A DNA stretch of 64,000 nucleotides from a bacterium (GCA_963676395.1 OY781066.1:2240001-2304000); one strand, 5' to 3'. Shown: positions 27,865 through 38,716, counted from the stretch's first letter. Translations and numbers: made by a program. The notes: generated by a model from the letters alone, not told the origin.

Positions 27865-29970
27865 TTATATGCCCATTTCCTCCAATATCCAATTTCCACC
27901 TGCAAATTCTGAGGTAATAAAAAGGATATAGCGGATGTCGACAGCAATGGTGCGTTGAATAATCGGTTGAAATAACCAATCCGATGTCATGGCTTCGTAG
28001 TTTCCGTCAAAAGCCAATCCGATCAATTCTCCTTTGGCATTCATGATAGATGAACCACTATTTCCGTTGGTAATATCTGTAGTGAGCAAAAAGTTAACAG
28101 GTACATCGCCTAATTCGGGGTCTATCCATTTATTTTTAGATTTAATTTGACTAAGTTTTGCCGGCATGTCAAAGGGTTCTTGTCCGGTATTCTTGGCAAT
28201 GACCCCCGCTAATGTTGTAAATGCCTGATAATAAACGGCATCTTTGGGCGAATAGCCTTCTACTTTTCCATAGGTAAAGCGCATGGTTCCGGTTGCATCC
28301 GGATATTGGGGAGTATCTCTATAGATCGCCAATAATTCCATATACTGTTCGCGTACATCGTTTAAACGAGCTTCCCAATTGCGTGTTCGTTGTTTTTGCT
28401 CAAGTTTTGGGGCGTATAGTGAAATAGCGAACTGGATAATAGGATCATCCAAAGCTTCGATTCTGGATGCCGACATAGATAAGAGCTTATTAACAAATTC
28501 AGGATCTTTGAGTTTTGTTTTCTTGTAAGCATTGTTTACAAAGGTGTGAGCATTTTCCGGAAGTTCAATATAATACTCTTTGTTCAGTTTTTTTGCCTTG
28601 TTGATGGCATATTGTAGGACAGCCTTATCGTTACCTTCGTGAAAAGAGTAGAAACGATAGGGGAGCTGTTGTATATACTCATGAATGCGTTTTTCGGAGA
28701 AGTCAGGGTCACGATCAGCCTCGGGTTTATCCCGCTCTCTTGCCATTTTATAGGCATATTCGGCAAAGTCGTAAAGCAGACCGCTGTTATAGCCGAAAGT
28801 ATTCAGCATTTTATCATATTCGTTGAATGATTCCTTTTCTTTGATCAGCTCATTCATACTGTCAAAAACATGTGAATAGCGATTTCTAAGCTTATTATTG
28901 CCGTTTACATATTTCCTGATTTCATCTTCTTCGGCTTTATGCATCCCGATAAAATCAACGGCTTCAAAGCCATCAATATTACCCTGATATTTTTTCATGC
29001 TGTTATTGATGCCTGCATGTCGGCTAGAAAGCAATAATTTTGCTTTGGGATCTTTGTCGTAGATATTCTCAATAATCTCGATATAGTCTTTGTATTCTTC
29101 AATTTTAGGCTGGTATTTATACTTAATGGTATGCTCGATATCCGTTGAGGTGCGATAGCGCGTTGTAACGCCGGGGAAGCCGATAATAAAGGCGGGATCG
29201 CCGATCGATAGATCATCTTTGGCAACTTTCAGGTAAGAATTGACCATCAACGGGACATTATCTTGGGAATATTCTGCCGGATTACCGTCAATATCCTGAT
29301 AAACACGGTAGAAAGTAAAATCCCCCGTATGCCTTGGCCACATCCAATTGTCGATATCACCACCGTATTTGCCGATAGAAGCGGGTGGTGCATAAACGAT
29401 ACGGACATCAAGGTATTTTGTGTAGGTATATTTTCGGTATTCTCGACCTTCGAACAGCTTTACCACTTTGCAGTAAACGTAGGGACTGTTTCCTTCGGTC
29501 TCTTTTATGATCTCTCTGATCTTTTTCTTGATCATTATTTCGCGTTGTGTCAGATCGGAGGCTTTTCGTACGGCCTTGAAGATATCTTTACTTACATCCT
29601 GTATATCCTGGAGTACATAGGCGTATTGACCCGGAGCAGGGAGCTCCTGGGAGTAATTATTGGCAAGAAAGCCTTCTTTGATATAGTCTTTTTGATCTCT
29701 GGCGGAAGCTCTTTGCAATGAACTGTAGGCGCAGTGATGATTGGTTAATATCAAACCTTTAGGTGAAACAAAAGCTGCCGAACAACCGCCAAGCCAAACG
29801 ATGGATCGGTGTAACGACGGACCGTTTTCTTTGTATATTTCTTCGGCTGAGATATTAAAGCCTTTGGATTGAAGATCGAGGTCTTTAATCTGAGACATCA
29901 GCCACATACCTTCATCGGCTGAAAGTAAAGAAAAAACAATAATTAAAGTGATGGCAATACGCTTCTTCAT
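27865..29970 (-). CDS. S46 family dipeptidyl peptidase, DPP7-like
   Basis: ADEGMW, LTNHHC, DNWMWPRHTGDF, DITNGNSGS; FDGN (Gly, as in DPP7) rather than FDRN (DPP11). Confidence 0.93.
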   Translation of the reverse strand: MKKRIAITLIIVFSLLSADEGMWLMSQIKDLDLQSKGFNISAEEIYKENGPSLHRSIVWLGGCSAAFVSPKGLILTNHHCAYSSLQRASARDQKDYIKEGFLANNYSQELPAPGQYAYVLQDIQDVSKDIFKAVRKASDLTQREIMIKKKIREIIKETEGNSPYVYCKVVKLFEGREYRKYTYTKYLDVRIVYAPPASIGKYGGDIDNWMWPRHTGDFTFYRVYQDIDGNPAEYSQDNVPLMVNSYLKVAKDDLSIGDPAFIIGFPGVTTRYRTSTDIEHTIKYKYQPKIEEYKDYIEIIENIYDKDPKAKLLLSSRHAGINNSMKKYQGNIDGFEAVDFIGMHKAEEDEIRKYVNGNNKLRNRYSHVFDSMNELIKEKESFNEYDKMLNTFGYNSGLLYDFAEYAYKMARERDKPEADRDPDFSEKRIHEYIQQLPYRFYSFHEGNDKAVLQYAINKAKKLNKEYYIELPENAHTFVNNAYKKTKLKDPEFVNKLLSMSASRIEALDDPIIQFAISLYAPKLEQKQRTRNWEARLNDVREQYMELLAIYRDTPQYPDATGTMRFTYGKVEGYSPKDAVYYQAFTTLAGVIAKNTGQEPFDMPAKLSQIKSKNKWIDPELGDVPVNFLLTTDITNGNSGSSIMNAKGELIGLAFDGNYEAMTSDWLFQPIIQRTIAVDIRYILFITSEFAGGNWILEEMGI

Positions 29971-30203
29971 ATAAAAATACTCCTTATCTCTTACGGTGCT
30001 AAATGTAAGGGTTTAATGCCTAAATGTGAAATGGAAATTAATAAGTAATGATAGATTTTATATTAAATATTTGTAGGGTCAGAATATGAGTAATACGAAT
30101 GGTTTAAACCATCTGCGGTACTTTGTGGTTAAGCCTTGCATTAAGATTCATGATTCGATACTTATAAGTCGAAAAGCCAGAATTTAGAATCTGGGATCAT
30201 TAT

Positions 30204-31142
30204 TTATTTTTGAACCCTAATATTTAACATCATTCTCGCTTTTTTTGCGTATAATTTACTCAATTCATTTTTCCAAGAGGTCTTATCCAAAGCTGTAATG
30301 CTGATTTTTATGTTTTTCGATTCAAATTCGATGAAGGCTTTGATGTGGGCGATGACGGCATTTTGTGATCTAAGCTTAGATAGAAGGGTTTCTAGATCTC
30401 GGATGATGGTTGGAAAAACATTATTCTCGTCAGTATAGTCCCTGACTTTTTCTTCCCAGACCAGTTTGTCCAATGCTAATGAATGTGCTTTGGCATCGAA
30501 ATGATTATCGGGCAATAAAGGAACAGTCTCGGACGAAATTGCTTGATACCAATTTATAATATCATCATTGTTTTGAGCGCTTTGAAGCAAGATACGTTTA
30601 TGAGGATACATGGATACGAGTTCATCTTTTAATGTATTGATATCCACTTTAGATAATAAATCAAATTTATTGATAATAAGAAAGTTAGACTCTCTTATCT
30701 GAGCTTTGAATGTACTGCTTACCGAATCGGAAAAGGGAAGGAAATACCCCTTGATCAAGCGTAGCATGAGTCTGGCATCCACGATGGCGGATAGTGAATC
30801 GGGATGGTGATCGGATCCTTCGATAAGTGGTTGCATTACGCTGCCCACCAGATTGGCGGCCGAGCCAATGGCTTCGGCAAAGACGATATCCGGATCGACA
30901 TTATCTTTGAGGTCATCAAGTTGTTTGACCATATCTTGATAGTGTGAGCAAAAACATCCGGATTGCACTTCGGTTGAAGGAATATCAGCGGCACGTATAA
31001 AGGCGGTATCAACCAGATATTTTCCTTGATCATTGGTAATTACGGCAACTGTTTTGCCTTGAAGCATGAGATGCTTACAACAATTGATGATACTGGTGGT
31101 CTTACCGGCGCCCAGAAAACCTGTAACAAGGTGTAATTGCAT
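30204..31142 (-). CDS. CobW/HypB/UreG (G3E) family GTPase / metallochaperone
   Basis: TGFLGAGKTT, ITNDQG, GCFC, EAIGS, INKFD. Confidence 0.88.
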   Translation of the reverse strand: MQLHLVTGFLGAGKTTSIINCCKHLMLQGKTVAVITNDQGKYLVDTAFIRAADIPSTEVQSGCFCSHYQDMVKQLDDLKDNVDPDIVFAEAIGSAANLVGSVMQPLIEGSDHHPDSLSAIVDARLMLRLIKGYFLPFSDSVSSTFKAQIRESNFLIINKFDLLSKVDINTLKDELVSMYPHKRILLQSAQNNDDIINWYQAISSETVPLLPDNHFDAKAHSLALDKLVWEEKVRDYTDENNVFPTIIRDLETLLSKLRSQNAVIAHIKAFIEFESKNIKISITALDKTSWKNELSKLYAKKARMMLNIRVQK

Positions 31143-31143
31143 G

Positions 31144-32490
31144 TCAGATCAATGTTTTGATATACGTAACAAATTTATCGTGTTGAGGTATGATCGAGGA
31201 GGCGTATAGTTTACCGTTTACATAGATAGCCGGCAAATTCTTGATCCCCATTTTTTTTACTCTGGCCACATTTTCGGGCTCGGTGATCTTGTATTCGATA
31301 AGCTCAATTTTATCCTCAAAGATAGGTATGAGTCTTGTTGCGGCGGCTTTACAGTAGGTACAGGCGGCGCAGGCGGCAGAATCGATGGTGAAAACTTCAA
31401 TCAAGGGTTTAGTCAGATTATTGTAATCGGGCAACTCAATTTCTATTTCGACATCTTTTTTGGAATAATTTTCAAGCATTTTACGATAGATATCAGGGTT
31501 TCGCAAGGTTTCAATGACGGCAATGGTATTTTCGACAGGTGTATCGTAAGGCATATCGCAACCGGGGGATATGATCAGATGTTCATGCTCAACCGTATCT
31601 AAAAAATCCAGCATGAATTTCGAATTATCCTGTTGGTTTCCCAGTAGCATTACGGTTGTAAGCGGAATGTTACCACCGATAACGATGTTGTGAGCATCGG
31701 TAACTTTTTTGGCTTCAATCATATTGATGTTTTCATCAATGGAGATCATATCCGGTTTAGTTTTACACATTACATCCATGTTCTTGCTGGCATCACCACA
31801 AACAAACAGACAAGAATGAATGTTTTTATTTTTGATATGAGAAAATAGATCCGAAAGTGGTTCATGTAGGAATTGCTCAAACATTTCCGGTGAGATCTGC
31901 GAAACTACCGGATCAACCACTGCGATCACATCCATGCCGGCTTCAATATAGAGGTCGCTCATGGTTTTCGCCACCTCTGTACAGTAGTTGATCAATGCCT
32001 GGACCTTTTCTTCTTCCATGTAAGTGTCCATAAACAGTTCGGCACCACGTAGATGGGTAGCAAGGGTGAGGGGTCCGCAAATAAGCCCGTAAAGCGCAGT
32101 CGTATTACCTACAGAGGCTTTCATACGCCTCATGACGTCCAATATGATAGGTATTCTACCATCTTCGGCTGTGATCTTTTGCTCGGGAACGCTCAAGTCC
32201 ATCATCAAAGGATGAGATACGACCGAAGGAGGACAATCTTCTGCCCATAAAAGATCGCAACCCAGTATTTCGGCTTCAAGTTGAAGATCGAATATAACCG
32301 GTTGTCCATCAGGAGTATAGACCTCATGAACTCTCATTAATGATTCGTAGAATTTATCGGCGTTTTTGAGTACTTCTTCGGCTGAATAGCCGCATAGTTT
32401 ACCGGCATGTACGCCCGCAAAAGGTACCCAGGGAAGCGCATCGGCTTTCTTGCCTGCTAACGTTTGCAGGATGCGTTCTTTACCTGTCAT
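31144..32490 (-). CDS. Uroporphyrinogen-decarboxylase / MtaA-CmuA family methyltransferase with C-terminal thioredoxin-like domain
   Basis: PWVPFAGVH, FDLQLEAEILGC, GPLTLA, FVCGD, GGNIPLT, SPGCD; C-terminal DSAACAAC..NLPAIYVNG. Confidence 0.85.
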   Translation of the reverse strand: MTGKERILQTLAGKKADALPWVPFAGVHAGKLCGYSAEEVLKNADKFYESLMRVHEVYTPDGQPVIFDLQLEAEILGCDLLWAEDCPPSVVSHPLMMDLSVPEQKITAEDGRIPIILDVMRRMKASVGNTTALYGLICGPLTLATHLRGAELFMDTYMEEEKVQALINYCTEVAKTMSDLYIEAGMDVIAVVDPVVSQISPEMFEQFLHEPLSDLFSHIKNKNIHSCLFVCGDASKNMDVMCKTKPDMISIDENINMIEAKKVTDAHNIVIGGNIPLTTVMLLGNQQDNSKFMLDFLDTVEHEHLIISPGCDMPYDTPVENTIAVIETLRNPDIYRKMLENYSKKDVEIEIELPDYNNLTKPLIEVFTIDSAACAACTYCKAAATRLIPIFEDKIELIEYKITEPENVARVKKMGIKNLPAIYVNGKLYASSIIPQHDKFVTYIKTLI

Positions 32491-32517
32491 GATCTCTCCG
32501 TTAAGGATTAATACTGC

Positions 32518-33243
32518 TTATTTGTTGAAATTAAGGATGCGTTTTGCCTCTTGGACATAATCCTTTTCTAATTTGAAATAGACCCTTAAATATTCAAGAG
32601 CTTTTTCTTCGGAGTTGTATTTCTCAACATTGCCTTCGCTACGGACCTGAACATAATCACCATTGATATAGATGAATTTGTTGTTAATGGTCATTGATGC
32701 CACGATACTGTTGATGTAATCGAATGATTTTGTCCAATAGAGCATGAATTCATCACTATCGACCGGCTTAATGCTAAAGCTATAACGATCTTTTTTTATC
32801 CCTCCGGCGATGGTTCTTAATGTATATTTGCCTTTTTCATCCATGGTGATCTCGAAATCTATGGGTGAATTAGGATTTGAGGTGATACTGTCACCCGTAA
32901 GTAGAATGGGATCATTGATCAGGTATCCCGGATCTACCAGATATAGTTCACTATTGTAAGCGATGATACAAAAGAAATGAGGAAATGATCGACGATGAAT
33001 ATCGGCTTTAACCGGATAAGCATTAATGCCTTCCATGCGTAATGTGCTAACCAAAAGATTTACCAACGAAAAACAGGTTCCACCGTAGTTATTCTCCAGA
33101 TGCTCACTTAACACCGTTTTTGGCATTCTGGGGCGCTCAAGAGAAGGTTTTAAAAGTTGATGTATTTTAGAAACATTCTCGTAGGGGATCTTTTTAAGGA
33201 CCGAAAATATCTGTAGATCTTTTAATTCACGTTCTTCTTTCAT
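32518..33243 (-). CDS. Arylamine N-acetyltransferase family protein
   Basis: IPYEN, GGTCF (catalytic Cys), His, YLVDPGY. Confidence 0.8.
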   Translation of the reverse strand: MKEERELKDLQIFSVLKKIPYENVSKIHQLLKPSLERPRMPKTVLSEHLENNYGGTCFSLVNLLVSTLRMEGINAYPVKADIHRRSFPHFFCIIAYNSELYLVDPGYLINDPILLTGDSITSNPNSPIDFEITMDEKGKYTLRTIAGGIKKDRYSFSIKPVDSDEFMLYWTKSFDYINSIVASMTINNKFIYINGDYVQVRSEGNVEKYNSEEKALEYLRVYFKLEKDYVQEAKRILNFNK

Positions 33244-33587
33244 GTGGGGAATTTAAATAAAAACATTTCAATATGAAAATTGAAAATTGAGAGTTAAGAA
33301 TTTAATTGAGAATTGCTTGCATATCTGTAGCTTTGGGGATGAGAGATGAATAGGTGGAATATTTTAATAAATGTAACAATCATTTTGGAATAATATGAAA
33401 TACGGAGCTTGAAAGGTCGTGAATCCTCCTTACGCCTCATTATACTTAGCTGTAATTGTTTTAAAATATTCGATTGGGCCGCGATGAACCTAATATTTTC
33501 GAGCTTATCCCATTAAAATGATTTCATGTTAGGTTTTCAATGAAATTTCTTTGAATAAAAATTCACATCCATTAAATTTATCCCACT

Positions 33588-34040
33588 ATGAATAAAAAAA
33601 TACTCAACGTAATCAACAAATACGAAGGACTAAAGGGTTCAGCCATTCCGATTCTACAGGAAGTTCAGGAGATCGAAGGCTACATTTCGAAGGATACAAT
33701 TCGTGAGATAACGGAACATACAGGTATTCCTTCGGCTGAACTTTACGGGATTGCCACCTTTTACTCCATGTTCCGTTTAAAACCGCAAGGACGTCATATT
33801 ATTCGTGTGTGTAAGGGGACTGCTTGCCATGTTTCCGGTGCCGATAATTTGGCCTCGATGTTAAGAACCCTTCTTGAATTACCTGCCGGTGAAAACACGA
33901 CGGATGATGGTCGCTTTACTCTGCTTGAAGTAGCTTGTCTCGGTTGTTGCTCTCTGGCTCCGGTGATCATGATCAATGAGGATACTTACGGGAAGTTGGC
34001 TTCCGACAAACTTGCAAAAATTTTAGACAAATACGAATAA
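33588..34040 (+). CDS. NuoE/HydC-like [2Fe-2S] subunit (StnA-like)
   Basis: LQEVQ..GYI, ATFYSMF, VCKGTACH, VACLGCC.LAP. Confidence 0.92.
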   Translation: MNKKILNVINKYEGLKGSAIPILQEVQEIEGYISKDTIREITEHTGIPSAELYGIATFYSMFRLKPQGRHIIRVCKGTACHVSGADNLASMLRTLLELPAGENTTDDGRFTLLEVACLGCCSLAPVIMINEDTYGKLASDKLAKILDKYE

Positions 34041-34044
34041 TATT

Positions 34045-35796
34045 ATGATGATCAAAGAAATCAAAGTTGGAATGGCGAGTTGTGGACTGGCTGCGGGTGC
34101 TCAGGCAATTTATGATGCTTTAGAAACATCGCTGCCCGAGTCTGTAAAGCTTAGTAAAACAGCTTGTATCGGCTTCTGTTATGCAGAACCCATGCTCGAA
34201 ACCGTCGATGATGAAGGTGTCAGCCGTTATTACGGATATTTAACACCTCGCGATCTTGAGGGTTTTGGCAAGAATGAGCCTCCTGTTAAAAAATTAATCA
34301 TTTCACAAAAAGAAGAGGCTCCCGGTAATAAAAAATTGGCTCGTCAGGTGCGTATTGCTACCCGTAACTCAGGGATGATAGATCCCGATGATATCGAGCA
34401 GTATGTCGCACGTGAGGGTTACAAAGCGCTGGAAAAAGTTTTAAAAGAGATGGATCCTCAGTCTGTGATCGATGAAGTCAAAAATTCCGGACTGCGCGGT
34501 CGTGGTGGCGCAGGTTTTTCTACCGGATTGAAGTGGCAGTTCGCTCATGATGCTCAAGGAGATAAAAAATATATCATCTGTAATGCCGATGAGGGTGATC
34601 CCGGCGCATTTATGGATAGAAATCTATTGGAATCCGATCCTCACGCCGTACTGGAAGGTATGGCTATTTGTGCTTATGCCGTGGGTGCCGATGAAGGCTA
34701 TATTTATTGCCGTGCCGAATATCCTTTAGCGGTTCGCCGACTAAAAAAAGCAATCTTGGATGCTATGGATAAGGGGTATTTGGGAGACAAAATATTCGGC
34801 TCTGATTTTTCTTTGAAATTAAAGGTTAAAGAAGGTGCAGGTGCCTTTGTTTGTGGTGAAGAGACTGCTCTGATCGCATCTATCGAAGGTCAACGAGGTA
34901 TGCCTAGATTGAGACCACCGTTTCCTGCGCAATCCGGTCTGTGGAAAAAACCTACGAATAATAATAATGTCGAAACTTACGCCAATATCGCCTGGATCAT
35001 CAACAATGGTGCTGAAGCTTATGCCGCTTACGGAGTGGGCAAGTCTCGCGGAACAAAAGTATTCGCGTTAGCGGGAAAAGTGAAAGAATCCGGGCTGGTG
35101 GAAGTGCCTATGGGAACCACGTTGCGTGAGATCATTTTTGATATCGGTGGTGGTATCAAGGATGACCGACCTTTTAAAGCCGTACAATTGGGCGGTCCTT
35201 CCGGTGGTTGTGTACCCGAAGAGTTACTGGATACCTCGGTGGATTACGAATCCATTGCCGAGATCGGTGCTATTATGGGTTCCGGTGGTATGGTTGTCAT
35301 GGACGAAACCACTTGCATGATCAATATTGCTTCTTTTTTCTTGAATTTTACGCAAAATGAATCTTGCGGAAAGTGTACTTTTTGTCGTATTGGCACCAAG
35401 CGCATGTTGGAGATTCTGCAAAAGATCCAGGCAGGAGAGGGCGTTTTGGAGGATATTGACAAGCTGGAAACCTTAGCGGAGCAGATCATTGCTTCATCTT
35501 TATGTGGATTAGGAAAATCCGCACCGAATCCGGTTTTATCGACTTTGCGCTATTTTAAAAATGAATATCTTGCGCATATAGAAGAAAAACGCTGTCCTGC
35601 TTTTGTATGTAAAGACCTTATCTCGTTTGAGATCAATGAGGAAGCATGTACGGGATGTACACTTTGTGCACGAAAATGTCCGGTAAATGCTATAGAAGGC
35701 GTGGCGAAAGGTCCCCATACCATCGATCAGGATAAATGCATTTCTTGCGGTGCATGTTTTGATGCATGCCGTTTTAATGCTGTATTACGAACTTAA
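34045..35796 (+). CDS. NuoF/HydB-like FMN/NADH-binding bifurcating subunit (StnB-like)
   Basis: GLRGRGGAGF, CNADEGDPGAFMDR, GAFVCGEETAL, ESCGKCTFCR, C-terminal 2x[4Fe-4S]. Confidence 0.93.
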   Translation: MMIKEIKVGMASCGLAAGAQAIYDALETSLPESVKLSKTACIGFCYAEPMLETVDDEGVSRYYGYLTPRDLEGFGKNEPPVKKLIISQKEEAPGNKKLARQVRIATRNSGMIDPDDIEQYVAREGYKALEKVLKEMDPQSVIDEVKNSGLRGRGGAGFSTGLKWQFAHDAQGDKKYIICNADEGDPGAFMDRNLLESDPHAVLEGMAICAYAVGADEGYIYCRAEYPLAVRRLKKAILDAMDKGYLGDKIFGSDFSLKLKVKEGAGAFVCGEETALIASIEGQRGMPRLRPPFPAQSGLWKKPTNNNNVETYANIAWIINNGAEAYAAYGVGKSRGTKVFALAGKVKESGLVEVPMGTTLREIIFDIGGGIKDDRPFKAVQLGGPSGGCVPEELLDTSVDYESIAEIGAIMGSGGMVVMDETTCMINIASFFLNFTQNESCGKCTFCRIGTKRMLEILQKIQAGEGVLEDIDKLETLAEQIIASSLCGLGKSAPNPVLSTLRYFKNEYLAHIEEKRCPAFVCKDLISFEINEEACTGCTLCARKCPVNAIEGVAKGPHTIDQDKCISCGACFDACRFNAVLRT

Positions 35797-35811
35797 AAAT
35801 ATTAGAGAATT

Positions 35812-38712
35812 ATGAAAATATACCTCAATCATAAAGAAGTCCAATGTCAAGAAGGTCAAACCATTCTTGAGGTCGCACGTGAGAACGGGATCTCGATTCC
35901 CACGCTTTGTCACGAACCCGAGTTGAACGCCTACGGTTCTTGTTGGGTTTGTTCGGTTAAAGTTGAAGGAATGCGTGGATTTGTAACATCCTGCGGTACC
36001 AAGGTTCGTGAGGACATGAGCGTGATCACCGATTCACCCGAGGTGAAAAAGGCACGTAAAACAGCTCTTGAGCTCCTGCTTTCGGATCATTATGCCGATT
36101 GTGAAGCACCTTGTAAGATCGCCTGCCCGGATCATGTGGATATCCAAACCTATGTATCGCTTATCGCCAATGGTAAATTCAAAGAAGCCGTTGAGGTGAT
36201 AAAGAATAATCTGCCACTGCCTATGTCGGTTGGGCGTGTGTGTCCCGCATTCTGCGAAATGGAATGTCGCAGGAGCTTGGTAGATGAACCCGTGGCCATT
36301 CGCCAGTTAAAACGCTGTGCAGCTGATTTGGAATTGGATTCGGATTGGTATTTTGTTCATGATAAAAAAGAAGATAAGGGCAAGAAAGTTGCTATTGTTG
36401 GTGCCGGACCTGCCGGTTTAACCGCCGGATATTTTTTAAGCACCGAAGGCTATGGTGTGGATATATTTGAATCTTCACCTCAGGCCGGAGGTTGGTTGCG
36501 TTACGGTATTCCCGAATATCGATTGCCCAAAGCTATTCTTGATAAAGAAATTGATATCATGTGCAAGAATGGCATGAATATTATTTACAATACGAAAATG
36601 GGCAAGGATGTCTTTTTAAAGGACTTGTCCAAAGATTATGATGCCGTGTTTGTGGGTATCGGTGCGCAGTTGCCTTCGCCTATGCGAGCAAAGAATGCCG
36701 ATATCGAAGGTTGTCTGCTGGGTGTGGATTATCTGAGAGCCGTCGCCATGAACCAAGCTCCCGAACTAGGCAAGAAAGTTGCCATTGTGGGGGCCGGGGA
36801 TGTGGCCATTGATTGTGCACGAACCGCTTTGCGTTCAGGTGCCGATGTGACGCTCTTATACCGTCGCACGCGAAAGGAAATGCCCGCGGAGACTTATGAA
36901 GTCGATGCCGCCGAAGAAGAAGGCGTAAAGTTACAATTTTTGATCAATCCTATTGAAATGATAGATAAGGATGGCAAGCTGGATAAGGTGGTCATTGAAA
37001 AAATGAAATTGGGTGAACCCGATGACAGCGGAAGACGCAGACCCGAGGCAACGGGGGAGTCTTACGAAGAAAAATTTGATTCCATTATTGCTGCGATCTC
37101 GCAAAAATGTGATGTAAGCTGGCATGGCGACGATAGAAATAAAGTTGAACACGAACTGGAACTTTCTAAATGGAATACGGCGGAATCCGATGCCGAAACC
37201 ATGCATTGGAACGATAATGTTTTTGCCGGTGGTGATTTTCGTGTAGGACCCGCGACCGCCATTGAAGCCGTAGCTGACGGCAAGATCGCAGCTATGAGTA
37301 TTGATCGTTTTCTGCGCGGTGAGATCATGGCCGGAACGCATAAGTTCAATTCACGCAAATCCGATAAGATCAAAGATATGGATCCCGAAGAATTTGCCGA
37401 GATCCCGCGTAAAGATCGGCTCAAAGCCCGCGAATTGGGCGTGACTGAGCGCGAATTAAATCATAAAGAGGTGGAAGCTAGCTTTGGACAAGAAGAGGCC
37501 TCAGAAGAAGCCGGACGCTGTTTGGAATGCGGTTGTATGGTAAACACCAGCTGTTCCTTGAGAGAATACTCCACAGAATATGAGGCTAATCAGGACCAAT
37601 ATGCCGGTGAGCTGACCAAGCACCCCATTGATGAATCGCATCCTTTTATCTTGCGTGATGCCAATAAATGTATCAATTGCGGGCGCTGTATCCGTATTTG
37701 TGCCGAAGTGCAAGGACCTGCGGTTTTGGGGTATATCTATCGCGGATTTGCCTCGGTGGTCGGACCCGAATTCGGTGAAAAGCTCGAAGACACCGTCTGT
37801 ACCACCTGCGGAAAATGTATCGAGGTTTGTCCCACGGGAGCCTTACTACCTAAAACCAAGCATTATAAAAACAATCCGACCTATTTTACATACCGCGATT
37901 CCCGCTGTAGCGAATGCGGCGCCGCCTGTTATGTGACGATCCAGGAAGAACATGATACTGTTTTGCGTGTTGACGCCAAAGACGATAATGATTTTAACGG
38001 ATTGAACCTTTGTTATAAAGGTCGATTTGACTGGCAGAATCTTGATGTTCAGCTGAGCGCTGAGGATTTAAATAGCTTAGACGTACCGGAAGGTACCGTA
38101 ATGAACATTTCGCCTGCTATGAGCAACGAAATGATCAAAGAAGCGCTCTCCTATGCCAAGGATAAAGGTTTAGAGGTTGTTTCCTGCGAACTCACAGCCG
38201 ATCCTTGTGAGGACTATGCAGAGCTTAAAGATTTGGACGAAGTCGAAGCACTGGTATTGGTTGGACCCTTGAATCAAATGATCAAAGCTAAGGCGCGTAG
38301 CTTACAGCTTAAAGGTGCCAAGATGATCGTGGTCAATCAACTTGACGACAGATTTAATGGGCTTGCCGATGCCGATCTCTCCGATCTGGCCTCACTCGAG
38401 ATCGAAAAAGACGTCAAAACCTTGTTTATCTACAATCGCGAAGAACTTGATATGGACATGAAAAACGAGATCAACACCCTTATGTCCAAACTCGATACCG
38501 CCAAAGCCTGGGTCAACTCAGCCTACCTCAACACCCGCGGATTGGAAAGCTTCGATGTAAAAGCCGTTGAAGAGCTTGATACCGCCAATGTGATCGTCTG
38601 GGGTAAAACACCGGATAATTGCTATGCCGATAAGGTCTGGCGCTTGCTCTTGAAACCGTTCCATGTGAAAGGGACAGTGATTACAGACTTTGGTGAGGAA
38701 ATAAAGCTATAG
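35812..38712 (+). CDS. Large FeS/FAD subunit: NuoG-like [2Fe-2S] + GltD-like NADP(H)/FAD domain + ferredoxins + degenerate molybdopterin-like tail (StnC/NfnA-Bfu-like)
   Basis: IPTLC..GSCWVC, GRVCPAFCE, GAGPAG, YGIPEYRLP, GAGDVAIDCAR, YRRTRKEMPA, CINCGRC, CTTCGKC..CP, CSECGAAC..LC.KGRF. Confidence 0.85.
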   Translation: MKIYLNHKEVQCQEGQTILEVARENGISIPTLCHEPELNAYGSCWVCSVKVEGMRGFVTSCGTKVREDMSVITDSPEVKKARKTALELLLSDHYADCEAPCKIACPDHVDIQTYVSLIANGKFKEAVEVIKNNLPLPMSVGRVCPAFCEMECRRSLVDEPVAIRQLKRCAADLELDSDWYFVHDKKEDKGKKVAIVGAGPAGLTAGYFLSTEGYGVDIFESSPQAGGWLRYGIPEYRLPKAILDKEIDIMCKNGMNIIYNTKMGKDVFLKDLSKDYDAVFVGIGAQLPSPMRAKNADIEGCLLGVDYLRAVAMNQAPELGKKVAIVGAGDVAIDCARTALRSGADVTLLYRRTRKEMPAETYEVDAAEEEGVKLQFLINPIEMIDKDGKLDKVVIEKMKLGEPDDSGRRRPEATGESYEEKFDSIIAAISQKCDVSWHGDDRNKVEHELELSKWNTAESDAETMHWNDNVFAGGDFRVGPATAIEAVADGKIAAMSIDRFLRGEIMAGTHKFNSRKSDKIKDMDPEEFAEIPRKDRLKARELGVTERELNHKEVEASFGQEEASEEAGRCLECGCMVNTSCSLREYSTEYEANQDQYAGELTKHPIDESHPFILRDANKCINCGRCIRICAEVQGPAVLGYIYRGFASVVGPEFGEKLEDTVCTTCGKCIEVCPTGALLPKTKHYKNNPTYFTYRDSRCSECGAACYVTIQEEHDTVLRVDAKDDNDFNGLNLCYKGRFDWQNLDVQLSAEDLNSLDVPEGTVMNISPAMSNEMIKEALSYAKDKGLEVVSCELTADPCEDYAELKDLDEVEALVLVGPLNQMIKAKARSLQLKGAKMIVVNQLDDRFNGLADADLSDLASLEIEKDVKTLFIYNREELDMDMKNEINTLMSKLDTAKAWVNSAYLNTRGLESFDVKAVEELDTANVIVWGKTPDNCYADKVWRLLLKPFHVKGTVITDFGEEIKL

Positions 38713-38716
38713 AAAT

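Noticed and set aside
33549..33569. Rex operator upstream of the oxidoreductase operon
   Set aside because: TGAA-N6-TTCA spacing does not fit the TTGTGAA-N4-TTCACAA consensus
35812..38712. [FeFe]-hydrogenase, formate dehydrogenase or respiratory complex I
   Set aside because: No H-cluster motifs, no full molybdopterin catalytic domain with Cys/Sec ligand, and no membrane Nuo subunits nearby
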